Shown here: one piece after another, positions 17,458-25,708 of the stretch
How positions within the stretch are numbered: position 1 is the first letter of the stretch
Layout: every line of letters begins with the position of its first letter
Source: Flexilinea sp.
GTDB lineage: Bacteria; Chloroflexota; Anaerolineae; Anaerolineales; Anaerolineaceae
Assembly (NCBI GenBank): GCA_036723985.1
Contig: DAIMGK010000005.1
Location: 235-64,234 of the forward strand
DNA: 64,000 bases
Direction of reading: 5' to 3'
Made by a program: the position numbers and the translations under genes
Notes under the pieces: model-generated
Told to the model about the DNA's origin: nothing
Seen by the model: only the letters and a program-made list of their open reading frames with translations
Databases searched by the model: none

Positions 17458-20121
17458 TTATTCTTCCGACTGTTTCGGACGAGACATTTTTTCCGGTGTT
17501 TCCTCCGTTGGTGCGATCTCGAGGTCTATCTGTTCTTCCGAAGGTTCCGGCAGAACGATGTTTTCCAGTCCTGTGGCAGGAATTTCATTGACCTCACCGC
17601 CCTTGATCTCATATGTGAACAGGTCCAAAAAGTCATCAACGGATTTGACGCTGAAGATATTTTCTTTGACCCTGTTGATCAGATCCTGAACCAGTTCGCT
17701 GTCCATGACAGACGCCTCCGGTTCTTCTGTCGTTTCCGCAGCTTCCGGATCAGTCATGGCGGAGATATCATCTAACGGTAATTCATACCAGCGGTCATTT
17801 ATATAGATCGCTACGACCATCTGTACCGGCATTTGGGAATTGTCCTGAAATGCCATGTGCATCAGCATCGGGATCGTGCGGCCCGGGCGGCCCATCATCC
17901 GGATCGTATGACTGTCCATTCCGGCTGCACCCATCGCACTATAGAAGTAGTCCACAAACTGCTCTATCAGCCAGTCGCTCAGATCATTGAGAGCGGCTTC
18001 CGTCTCAGGATCGAGCGTCGGTTCAGGGGTGGGTTCCGGAGTGGGAGTCGGTTCTTTTGCTTCTCCGATCCCGGAAAGAATACCTGCAAGCAGATCTTTC
18101 AGGCTCATTTCTTTTTCAGGCTCTTTGGCGGGAGCCGGTTCTTCTGACTGAGCTTCTTTTGCATCGGTAAACAGTTTCGCTACTGTTTCCGGCATATTGC
18201 TGTAGTCTTCGTTGACCAGCTGGTTGAAGATCTCCATCGCGGTATTCGCGATTCCGTGGATCTCCAGGCTCATGATCTGCATAGCCCAGTTGTTGTCTGT
18301 AAAGTTTTCATTTTCCGGCAGTTCCAGAACGATCAGAGCCCGGTCATTATCGAAGAAGTCCGGCATCTCGGAAATACCCATGCGGGTGGCGTCGATCCCG
18401 GCCTGCAGGGCTGTATCATATTTTCCCATTCTCTGTGTTTTCAGCACCCAGGGGAGGATCTCACTGAGCTGCGCGTAATCCGTTCCGGGGACCATCGCGC
18501 AGTCCACCGCGAACCAGAAGGCCCTTGCTTCTTCGAGGCTCATTCCGCCGTTCTCGACCAGACGGTATGCCAGATTGTTCAGCAGAGAGGAATTGCTGTG
18601 GACACCGCCGTTATCATTGATCGCTGTCGCTTTCTGTACCGGCGGAACATAGTAAAGATCCCAGCTGTATTCCGGCTGATTGTATCTGTGCGGATTGCTC
18701 ATGCTGCGGATCGTGGTAAGGCTGTTATCCCCAATTATCCAGGGATGATCTGTGTCACCGTACATCTGTTCGCAGATCTCGCCCTGGATATCGCTCATTC
18801 CTTCATTGATCGCGCCGAAGTCATTGGTGTAAGCGTTATACGTCATCACTGTGCCTGTCACACAGTGCGTGAATTCATGGGCGATCACATCCAGACACTG
18901 CGCGAAATCATTCGCGCGGCTGGATGCGAACAGTGACCAGCCGAAGAAATTGCCGATAAAGGCCGCGTTATTGACCGGTGTGTGGTTTTCATCGCAGAAA
19001 TCCTTGAGGATCATGATCGGCAGTCCGAGCCCGTTTCCGCCGATCCAGCCGATCTCCTTGTAATAATCATAGGCGCGGCAGTAATTATAGAAAGAAATCA
19101 GCGCGGTCTGCTCCCATTCAAGGTTATCCGGGCTTGACACGAGCCTGACTCTTCCGTTATTGTAGAGAAATTCGTAGCAGTCCGCGATAACGATCTTGCG
19201 TTCGATGTTGCCCAGATAGTACATCCCGGTGCGGGTGTCCCGCATGACGGTCACCGTCAGTTCCTTCTCGGAACCGTCGGAATAATCCACATAACCGGTA
19301 TATTCGACCGGTTCCATAAACTCGAATATATATTCGCTGTCAAAGCCTGTTGAACCGGCGTTATCTCCGGGCATGATCGTGGCAAGGCTGTAGAGGTATG
19401 TGCCATCCATGCCGACATAATGGGCAAGATACGGCAGATCCGTACCCCGGTTCATGCCGTCGGGATTATTGGTGTAAACCACCCAGACAAAACGGGCGGA
19501 TTCATCCGCTTCGTCATCCATAATATCCACAAGGAAGGGCAGAATGATTTTCTCCGTAAAGCCCTCCGCGATGTGCATGGACTCACCGGCTTCTTCTCCG
19601 TGCTTTATTACGATCTGTTCCGCTTCTTCCGCGGTGATCCCGTCCGCTTCATCCACTTCGGGCAGGTCGGATACGATACTGCTGCTGAGCCCGATCATAT
19701 TTCCGTCAGCGTCGGTGATCACTTTTACCGCCCCGCCCAAAACGGTGGTTCCCGCATACATCTGCTGGAATACGTAGTAGATATTTCCGGCGGTATCGTT
19801 CAGTTCACGCCAGGGTATGAACTGAGTGCGGACATCTCCGCCCAGCAGCCCGATCATGGAGAGCACGACATTAGCTGCGTCATCCGAACTTTTCACCGGC
19901 TCTTTGCTGCAGGATCCGTCAACAAACGTGACGCGTTCATTATGAACGAAAACTTTTTCGTTCCCGTCATTCAGCGCCTGAATGTCCTCCAGGGTCAGCT
20001 GCCCTTCCAGGGCGGTTTCTGTAACCGTTTGGACATCCTGGGCAAAACCGGTAAATGCCGCCGCACAGCAGAATGCCATTACGGTCAGCAGGATACAAAA
20101 ATATTTTTTATAATGATCCAT
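17458..20121 (-). CDS. secreted M4 (thermolysin-like) zinc metalloprotease with long acidic C-terminal extension
   Basis: HEXXH as VIAHEFTHCV and Glu motif GAINEGMSD. I chose the start at MDHYKKYF, which is followed by a signal peptide. The ~330-aa E/P/T-rich C-terminal region has no motif I recognise. Confidence 0.9.
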   Translation of the reverse strand: MDHYKKYFCILLTVMAFCCAAAFTGFAQDVQTVTETALEGQLTLEDIQALNDGNEKVFVHNERVTFVDGSCSKEPVKSSDDAANVVLSMIGLLGGDVRTQFIPWRELNDTAGNIYYVFQQMYAGTTVLGGAVKVITDADGNMIGLSSSIVSDLPEVDEADGITAEEAEQIVIKHGEEAGESMHIAEGFTEKIILPFLVDIMDDEADESARFVWVVYTNNPDGMNRGTDLPYLAHYVGMDGTYLYSLATIMPGDNAGSTGFDSEYIFEFMEPVEYTGYVDYSDGSEKELTVTVMRDTRTGMYYLGNIERKIVIADCYEFLYNNGRVRLVSSPDNLEWEQTALISFYNYCRAYDYYKEIGWIGGNGLGLPIMILKDFCDENHTPVNNAAFIGNFFGWSLFASSRANDFAQCLDVIAHEFTHCVTGTVMTYNAYTNDFGAINEGMSDIQGEICEQMYGDTDHPWIIGDNSLTTIRSMSNPHRYNQPEYSWDLYYVPPVQKATAINDNGGVHSNSSLLNNLAYRLVENGGMSLEEARAFWFAVDCAMVPGTDYAQLSEILPWVLKTQRMGKYDTALQAGIDATRMGISEMPDFFDNDRALIVLELPENENFTDNNWAMQIMSLEIHGIANTAMEIFNQLVNEDYSNMPETVAKLFTDAKEAQSEEPAPAKEPEKEMSLKDLLAGILSGIGEAKEPTPTPEPTPEPTLDPETEAALNDLSDWLIEQFVDYFYSAMGAAGMDSHTIRMMGRPGRTIPMLMHMAFQDNSQMPVQMVVAIYINDRWYELPLDDISAMTDPEAAETTEEPEASVMDSELVQDLINRVKENIFSVKSVDDFLDLFTYEIKGGEVNEIPATGLENIVLPEPSEEQIDLEIAPTEETPEKMSRPKQSEE

Positions 20122-20339
20122 TTTATTGTTCCTTTCATGAATTATTATAATTCTATCACCGGAATGATGCGGTACGTATTCAATTAAGCCGGCGTGCCCT
20201 GTACAGGTACCATACAATGACGGTATTTTTGCAGCCCTTTGATCACGCTTGCTTTTTTTGTTTAATATTTTATATCTGATCAGGTAATTAACGCCTGAAC
20301 AGGTGAGGAAAAAAAGAGCATTTTAGGCGGGGGTATGGA

Positions 20340-20470
20340 GTCCCCGGAAAACGGCACAGAGCGAAGCTTGGAAACCGAACCATAATTCAGCACAGCGGTT
20401 TCTTACGGTTCTCGCATTTGCAGACAAAGGATCATACATTACGCGCCTTGTGAAGTATATTATTCCGCAT
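20340..20470 (+). repeat. copy A of a ~90-nt structured intergenic element (see 40570-40690)
   Basis: Collinear with copy B: cataattcagc, cagcggtt, cttacgg, tttgca, cgcgccttg, gaag-atatta, with the same spacing (61 vs 62 nt between the first and fifth blocks). Internal 7-bp stem gaaaccg/cggtttc. Confidence 0.7.
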
Positions 20471-20490
20471 AATAATATATCCGATCCTTC

Positions 20491-20536
20491 AAAAAAAAAG
20501 AGTGGCTGCTGTCTTCTTTCTTCAGACAGCAGCCAC
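20491..20536 (-). terminator. intrinsic terminator of S41-like paralogue 1
   Basis: 13-bp perfect stem gtggctgctgtct/agacagcagccac. On the minus strand it is followed by nine U (A-run 20491-20499). Confidence 0.85.
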
Positions 20537-20556
20537 CCTTTTCAAAATCTGTCTGT

Positions 20557-20604
20557 GGTGACGGTTTCCGAAGGCTCTGCGTTGAGCCGGAAGAAATCGT
20601 CACC
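20557..20604. repeat. nested hairpin element (H5) in the 3' UTR of S41-like paralogue 1
   Basis: Outer stem ggtgacgg/tcgtcacc, middle stem ttcc/ggaa, inner stem ggctc tgcgtt gagcc. It lies 12 nt after the stop and before the true terminator. Confidence 0.7.
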
Positions 20605-20615
20605 TTCAGTGCACA

Positions 20616-22340
20616 TTAGTAAAGGCTGTTGATGTAGTCGGTCAGAGCCTGTCGGTCATAATACTTTTCAGGGCTGGTGATGACGAAGTCCGGATCCGCG
20701 CCGCGGTCCACATCATAGAAGGAACCGTTTTTCAGGAAGGAAATACGTTGGCGGCCGGAGATCTGGAAGGATGTTCCCCAGGGGGAGGAGACATTCTGTA
20801 CCACGTTGCTGCCGCCGCCGGAGGTCCTGCCCATCAGGGTGACGATACCGGATTCCTTCAGGATGCAGGGAACCAGGTTGCCGCAGGAGAAGCTGAGGGG
20901 GGAGATCAGGCAGTAGAGCTTTTTGTCGGTCACGGTGTCTTTTTCGTCAAACACACGGTCGCGGTTGACGTCAGCCCGGTAAGTGGAAGTTGTCATGGCA
21001 CCGGTCATGGTGTCTTTCATCCCGACGGACGCGTCACCCAGGAGCCAGGCAAGAGTAAAGATCGCTGTATCCGCGGCGCCGCCGGTGTTGCCGCTCAGGT
21101 CAAGCACCACATTTTCAATGGGGCTGTTTTCCCGGGTGATCATCGCGTGCGCCTTGATGATCAGGCCGATGGTATTGGTGTCAGCAAAGTCGTTCGGATC
21201 TTCCACACTATAGAAGTATTCGGGATCCATAATACCATCAAGGCTGAATTGATCGAAGGTGATATAGGCTGTGTTGCCCACTTCTTCATATCCCGGAACA
21301 CCGTCAGGATAAAATTCTCCTCTGGCTCCCCAATACATTCTTGCCGTTTGTCTTAAACGGGCATCCGAAATACCCATGGGCGGTTCATAATCAATAGAAC
21401 CGGTCAGGTAAGAAAAGGCATGCCAGGCGGTGTGATTGTCGTCAAGGTATTCGTTGAGCATGCGGTAGATAGCCTTGTCAGCAATCTCCACGCCAAAATC
21501 CTTCAGCGCCTGATCGAAGCCGACATTATGGAAAAGCTCATTAAAGCTTTCGATCTCATGAGTGTCCTTTTTCCCATACAGGTAATCCAGCATCATGCAC
21601 AGTTCACCATAACCGAATTTCACCAGCTGCTCGCTGCGTTCACCGGTCGGTGCGGCGTAGTACAGCTCATCACCCGGGATGATTTGATCGGACAGGATCA
21701 AAACCTGCCCGTTATAGAAGAAGTTATAGCCCAGAGAAGGTGCCAGGAAGAAATCAGTGAATGTCTGCAGCGGGATCAGATACAGCCCGTCCTGAGTGAT
21801 CATGTTAACGCCGTATTCTCCCAACGGAAGGACAACAGCATTCCCCACCCGGTCCAGAGAACCCGTATCAACCTTTTGCATTAACGAGGGTTCACCGGCT
21901 GCATTGAAGAAAGTCAGTCCGGTCACATCCAGCACTGTGGAAGCATCGGCTTTCATCAGGAACAGGTTGTAGTCCATGAATTCGATGGTTTCATTGTAAA
22001 AATCGAAGACCGCAAATATCCCATCATCCAGTGAATCCGGATGATGGCGGGTAATTGTTACCAGAGATCCATCGGTTTCTATCGTCAAATCGATTCCTTT
22101 GTCCGCATTGGCTAAAAATGATTTGAGTAAATCGTATACACCGTGTATTTCGAGGTAAGGCATATCTTTCACACCATCCAGGAAGTAGAGTGTCTGCGTT
22201 TCCCCGGTGTCCGCGCCCATCATATACATAGGGTAGGTTTCACTGGTGATTTCATGCGTTATGCCGTCATCGGCAAATGCGGTGCATGCCAGCAGAAGCA
22301 TGGCTGCGATCAGCACCATAGACAAAAACATTTTTTTCAT
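20616..22340 (-). CDS. secreted S41-family (tricorn/IRBP/CPAF-like branch) peptidase-like protein, paralogue 1
   Basis: Motifs VVLDLSGNTGGAAD, SFSCGNLVP, GRTSGGGS. Signal peptide MKKMFLSMVLIAAMLLLACTAFA. AGGAG RBS. Confidence 0.85.
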   Translation of the reverse strand: MKKMFLSMVLIAAMLLLACTAFADDGITHEITSETYPMYMMGADTGETQTLYFLDGVKDMPYLEIHGVYDLLKSFLANADKGIDLTIETDGSLVTITRHHPDSLDDGIFAVFDFYNETIEFMDYNLFLMKADASTVLDVTGLTFFNAAGEPSLMQKVDTGSLDRVGNAVVLPLGEYGVNMITQDGLYLIPLQTFTDFFLAPSLGYNFFYNGQVLILSDQIIPGDELYYAAPTGERSEQLVKFGYGELCMMLDYLYGKKDTHEIESFNELFHNVGFDQALKDFGVEIADKAIYRMLNEYLDDNHTAWHAFSYLTGSIDYEPPMGISDARLRQTARMYWGARGEFYPDGVPGYEEVGNTAYITFDQFSLDGIMDPEYFYSVEDPNDFADTNTIGLIIKAHAMITRENSPIENVVLDLSGNTGGAADTAIFTLAWLLGDASVGMKDTMTGAMTTSTYRADVNRDRVFDEKDTVTDKKLYCLISPLSFSCGNLVPCILKESGIVTLMGRTSGGGSNVVQNVSSPWGTSFQISGRQRISFLKNGSFYDVDRGADPDFVITSPEKYYDRQALTDYINSLY

Positions 22341-22365
22341 TTTTTTTCTCCTATTTTGTTTCAGA

Positions 22366-22397
22366 GGATGGTTCCGCCCGGCTGGGCAGAACCATCC
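22366..22397. repeat. nested hairpin (H9) between the S15 and S41-1 genes, T-tract on the + side
   Basis: 9-bp stem ggatggttc/gaaccatcc and inner stem gccc-ggct-gggc, followed on the + strand by cttttatt. No U-tract in the sense (minus) direction. Confidence 0.65.
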
Positions 22398-22407
22398 CTT
22401 TTATTGA

Positions 22408-25400
22408 CTATTTGCTCAGGATCTCAATGACCCCTTCGATGATCTCGGGATTCGGATAGCCTTCCCCTTCGGGGCCATCCATGCCGTAGAGTACCGCAAG
22501 CTTGAAATTATCCGCCATGCATTCCTCAGGGTCGATCACATAGCCCGTGTTTGTTCCGAAGACTTCATCGAAATTCGATACTTCATCTTTGGGATAAAAC
22601 ACATCCGTGCCGTCGACAGGGACCAGAGCGGTGGTTCCGAATTGAAAGAACATCTCGCCCGGCTGCTCAAAATGCTTCGTGGTTACAAAGGCGGCAAAGC
22701 AGTCGATCTCTTTTCCGTCGATCAGGAAGGTCGCCCAGGAATTGTGATGCTCCACATCGGGATTTACAATATAGTATTCCCAAACGGACGGCGGGATCTC
22801 AAAGTCATTTTCCTCAACGGTGAAACCGATGAGCTTATACATTTCTGCCCGGAAATCCGGATTGCAGCGGGTCAGGCAATGGAAAAGCTCATGAGCCAGA
22901 AGCGTCAGAAAACCATCGGGGACCTTTCCATCCGCGAAATCTTCCGGAAGGTATGACTTCATGAAATCATAGAGATAGATCTGCGTCCCGTGTGTGTAAC
23001 CTGCCACGCCGTTCTCTTCCAGCATGGTGGTTCTGATGAAAACGATGGGATCCAGCGGCGGAATTGTCCATCCATTATTCGTAAAGATGTCCTCGAGGGC
23101 CTTCATGCCGCGGGTGATGATATCTTTTTCCTCATCCGTCCAATCCAGAACCTGTTCTCCCGCGAAGGCAAGATACTCTTCCATGGTGGCATCGTTATTC
23201 TGCATAACGTAGCCGATTTTATTTGGGGTGAACTTTTCATAATATGCTTCATTCGCGAGCAGCAGTTCGGTTCCTTCTTCCTTTGAAGCGAAACGGAACG
23301 GGATCAGTTTTTCGGATCCGGAGGGTTCTTCAGCAGAGTTGGAAGAACTGCCTTTTTCCTGCGGGAATCGGAATTCAAACGCGGAATTGTCGATATTGAA
23401 CGCGTAGATATCACCGGATTCGGTAGAGTCGGAGACAGCACCGGTGTAATAGTCTACATCACGAAATGCCCGGTACGGATCCCAGCCGGTGATGACAAGC
23501 ACTGCTTTATGACCGGGCTCGAAGGTATAGGAGGTGGGCTGGAGATAAATCGTATAATCATAATATTCTCCGGCTTTCATCGGTTCCTCGAGCTTTGTAT
23601 AATCTCTGCCCTCATATCCGCCGCCATAGTTGGCAAGATCGCCGTGTCCAAAGGTGATGAGCTTTGCATCTGTATTGCTCTTGACGAATTCAAAAACCTT
23701 TGTCCGTTTCAGTCCGCCGCCCGTTTCCATCACGCCCAGTGTATGCTTCGGAACAAGATAGTTCAGTCTTTGCTTGGTAAGATAAGCCTTGAAATCCGTC
23801 TCTCCGTCGATCGTGTCGATCAAAAGCGCGGAAATCACCATGGTGTCCTTGTCCACATTTTTTGTAGACAGTTTCAGATGTACTTCGGGAACACCATAGA
23901 ACGTATAATTGTCAGGAACATCAAATACGTAGAACGCGGCTGCACTGTCCGGAAGAGTGAGATAGTAATCGTCTCTGATCATCGGATTGCCGAAATCATC
24001 GGTGGCATTCTCATATTTGCTGTAATACACGCCGATCGCGGTCGTATCGACATGGGAGACATCGTCCGGGTTGACTGCTTTGTCATATGCGAAGGTATCA
24101 TAATCGAAATCGCCCCATGTCTCATAGGTTCTGAAGGAACCATCCACGTTGCTCTGCACGCTTACCGTCGGCATGTTTTCGATGCCGTTGTCAACATCGT
24201 AAAGGTAATGAGACAGCCATTTGTTCATAATGTGCTGCCACAGGTCTCCGTTTACGATGGCTCCGTTGAGGAAGTTATGACCGTCCTGGTGCAGGACAAG
24301 CTTGAAGGGCTGGCCCGCCCGGGCAAATGCACGCGCCATCAGGTCGGACTGCTTGGTGGTGACGTTGAAGTCGTTCATCCCGTGAACGATCAGCGCTGAA
24401 CAGTTGATCTTACTCGCATCAAGCGAGTAGTCCAGTTTTGACCAGATTTCATCGTAATTGCCGTTTGTGGCCTTCTGATCCTCTGAAAACTGCCAGAGGA
24501 AGGACGCGTAATCGTCATTGATGACCGTCCAGTCATCATCCAGATAGGCGGCACCGCTGTTGTAAGATGCGAGGTTATTTCCGTAAGCAGCGTCGAGATA
24601 AAGCGGTGCGCCCTGGGAATTGGTGTAGTCATACCAGGATGCGATGCCCGCGAAGGGGATGATCGTTTTCAGTCCCTTGACACCGGTGGTGGCTACTTCA
24701 TAAGGGAGTGTTCCGCCGTACGAACAGCCCGTCATGGCAACGTTCCCATTGCACCAGTCTGCCTTGATCTCGATATTGTTGTAGGGATCGGTGTAAGCGA
24801 CACGATCTCCCGTGAGCCATTCCACGACATTTTTATGGGCGTCCCGTTCGAGGTCAAAACCGCAGAGCTCAAAACCTTCGGAGCCGTAAGTCCCGATGCC
24901 GCCGGCTTCCACCACAGCAAAACCTCTGACAAGATAATAGTCATAAACCCGCGCGTATGCGTATCCCGGGGTCCCGGAATAAGGAACTTTGTAATTCCAG
25001 GTTTCAGGGTCCGCGATCTGTGCAGCTTCGAGGGTGGTCATGCTTCCGGCCGGCGTGCGCTTTTCGCCCGGTTCATACAGCTTGTCGTAATCGAAGGGGG
25101 CCGGATTGAACAGTCTGCTGCTGTCCATCGGGTTCTCATCCACCGTTCCGGCACCGTAGGGAGTCGGGTCGTAGATCGCCGCGGCCTTGTATTTTCCTTC
25201 AGCAGCCGCACGGGGAACCTGGATGAGTGCTTCCACGAGGTCCGCATTGCCGTCTCCATCGGTGTCGTGATCCGTTTCGACGTAAACGGTGAAGCGGAGG
25301 ATATCGCTGCCTTCGTTTGTGTAATTTTCGTCTCTCAGGTTTGTGTATTTCAGGATGGGCTGGGCCATTCCGTTCTCAAAAACCAGAACCTCGCCGGTTT

Positions 25401-25473
25401 CATCTGCCAACACTGCTGAACAGAGATTCAGGAGCATCGCGAGTACAAGAAGAACAGGAAACAGTTTTTTCAT
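22408..25473 (-). CDS. secreted S15 (X-Pro dipeptidyl-peptidase / CocE-NonD) hydrolase fused to a C-terminal ~300-aa HEXXH zincin-like domain
   Basis: Nucleophile motif AMTGCSYGG. I chose the start at MKKLFPVLLVLAMLL (25473). The C-terminal region carries LLAHELFHC (His codon at about 22891), NPDVEHH and DPEECMADNF. Confidence 0.85.
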   Translation of the reverse strand: MKKLFPVLLVLAMLLNLCSAVLADETGEVLVFENGMAQPILKYTNLRDENYTNEGSDILRFTVYVETDHDTDGDGNADLVEALIQVPRAAAEGKYKAAAIYDPTPYGAGTVDENPMDSSRLFNPAPFDYDKLYEPGEKRTPAGSMTTLEAAQIADPETWNYKVPYSGTPGYAYARVYDYYLVRGFAVVEAGGIGTYGSEGFELCGFDLERDAHKNVVEWLTGDRVAYTDPYNNIEIKADWCNGNVAMTGCSYGGTLPYEVATTGVKGLKTIIPFAGIASWYDYTNSQGAPLYLDAAYGNNLASYNSGAAYLDDDWTVINDDYASFLWQFSEDQKATNGNYDEIWSKLDYSLDASKINCSALIVHGMNDFNVTTKQSDLMARAFARAGQPFKLVLHQDGHNFLNGAIVNGDLWQHIMNKWLSHYLYDVDNGIENMPTVSVQSNVDGSFRTYETWGDFDYDTFAYDKAVNPDDVSHVDTTAIGVYYSKYENATDDFGNPMIRDDYYLTLPDSAAAFYVFDVPDNYTFYGVPEVHLKLSTKNVDKDTMVISALLIDTIDGETDFKAYLTKQRLNYLVPKHTLGVMETGGGLKRTKVFEFVKSNTDAKLITFGHGDLANYGGGYEGRDYTKLEEPMKAGEYYDYTIYLQPTSYTFEPGHKAVLVITGWDPYRAFRDVDYYTGAVSDSTESGDIYAFNIDNSAFEFRFPQEKGSSSNSAEEPSGSEKLIPFRFASKEEGTELLLANEAYYEKFTPNKIGYVMQNNDATMEEYLAFAGEQVLDWTDEEKDIITRGMKALEDIFTNNGWTIPPLDPIVFIRTTMLEENGVAGYTHGTQIYLYDFMKSYLPEDFADGKVPDGFLTLLAHELFHCLTRCNPDFRAEMYKLIGFTVEENDFEIPPSVWEYYIVNPDVEHHNSWATFLIDGKEIDCFAAFVTTKHFEQPGEMFFQFGTTALVPVDGTDVFYPKDEVSNFDEVFGTNTGYVIDPEECMADNFKLAVLYGMDGPEGEGYPNPEIIEGVIEILSK

Positions 25474-25654
25474 ATTTTTCTCATTCTGATCACAGTCGGG
25501 GACGGTTACACAAATCGGAACTGTCCGCCTGTTTTTGCAGAAATTTTCCAATTTTGGAAACTTTCTTATAATTGCCATGGACAGTCCCATAAAAAGACAG
25601 TCCCCTGGTTTCGAGGAAAATTCGCCGATTTGGCATTCATTCCCTGGCTGCAGC

Positions 25655-25700
25655 AGGACGGTTCCCTCTGGCAAAAGCCTTGGGGGAACCGTCCTTTTTT
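25655..25700. repeat. nested hairpin (H2) after S41-like paralogue 2, T-tract on the + side
   Basis: Perfect 12-bp stem aggacggttccc/gggaaccgtcct and inner stem ggc-aaaa-gcc, followed on the + strand by tttttt. Confidence 0.7.
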
Positions 25701-25708
25701 CACGATAT

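Noticed and set aside
20616-22340. Claim that the three S41-like paralogues are catalytically dead because the Ser/Lys-dyad Lys (TxGK motif) is replaced (G-R/H-T-S-G-G-G).
   Set aside because: The tricorn/IRBP/CPAF branch of S41 does not use the Ctp-type Lys and typically has a TGGG-like motif here. Inactivity therefore cannot be inferred.
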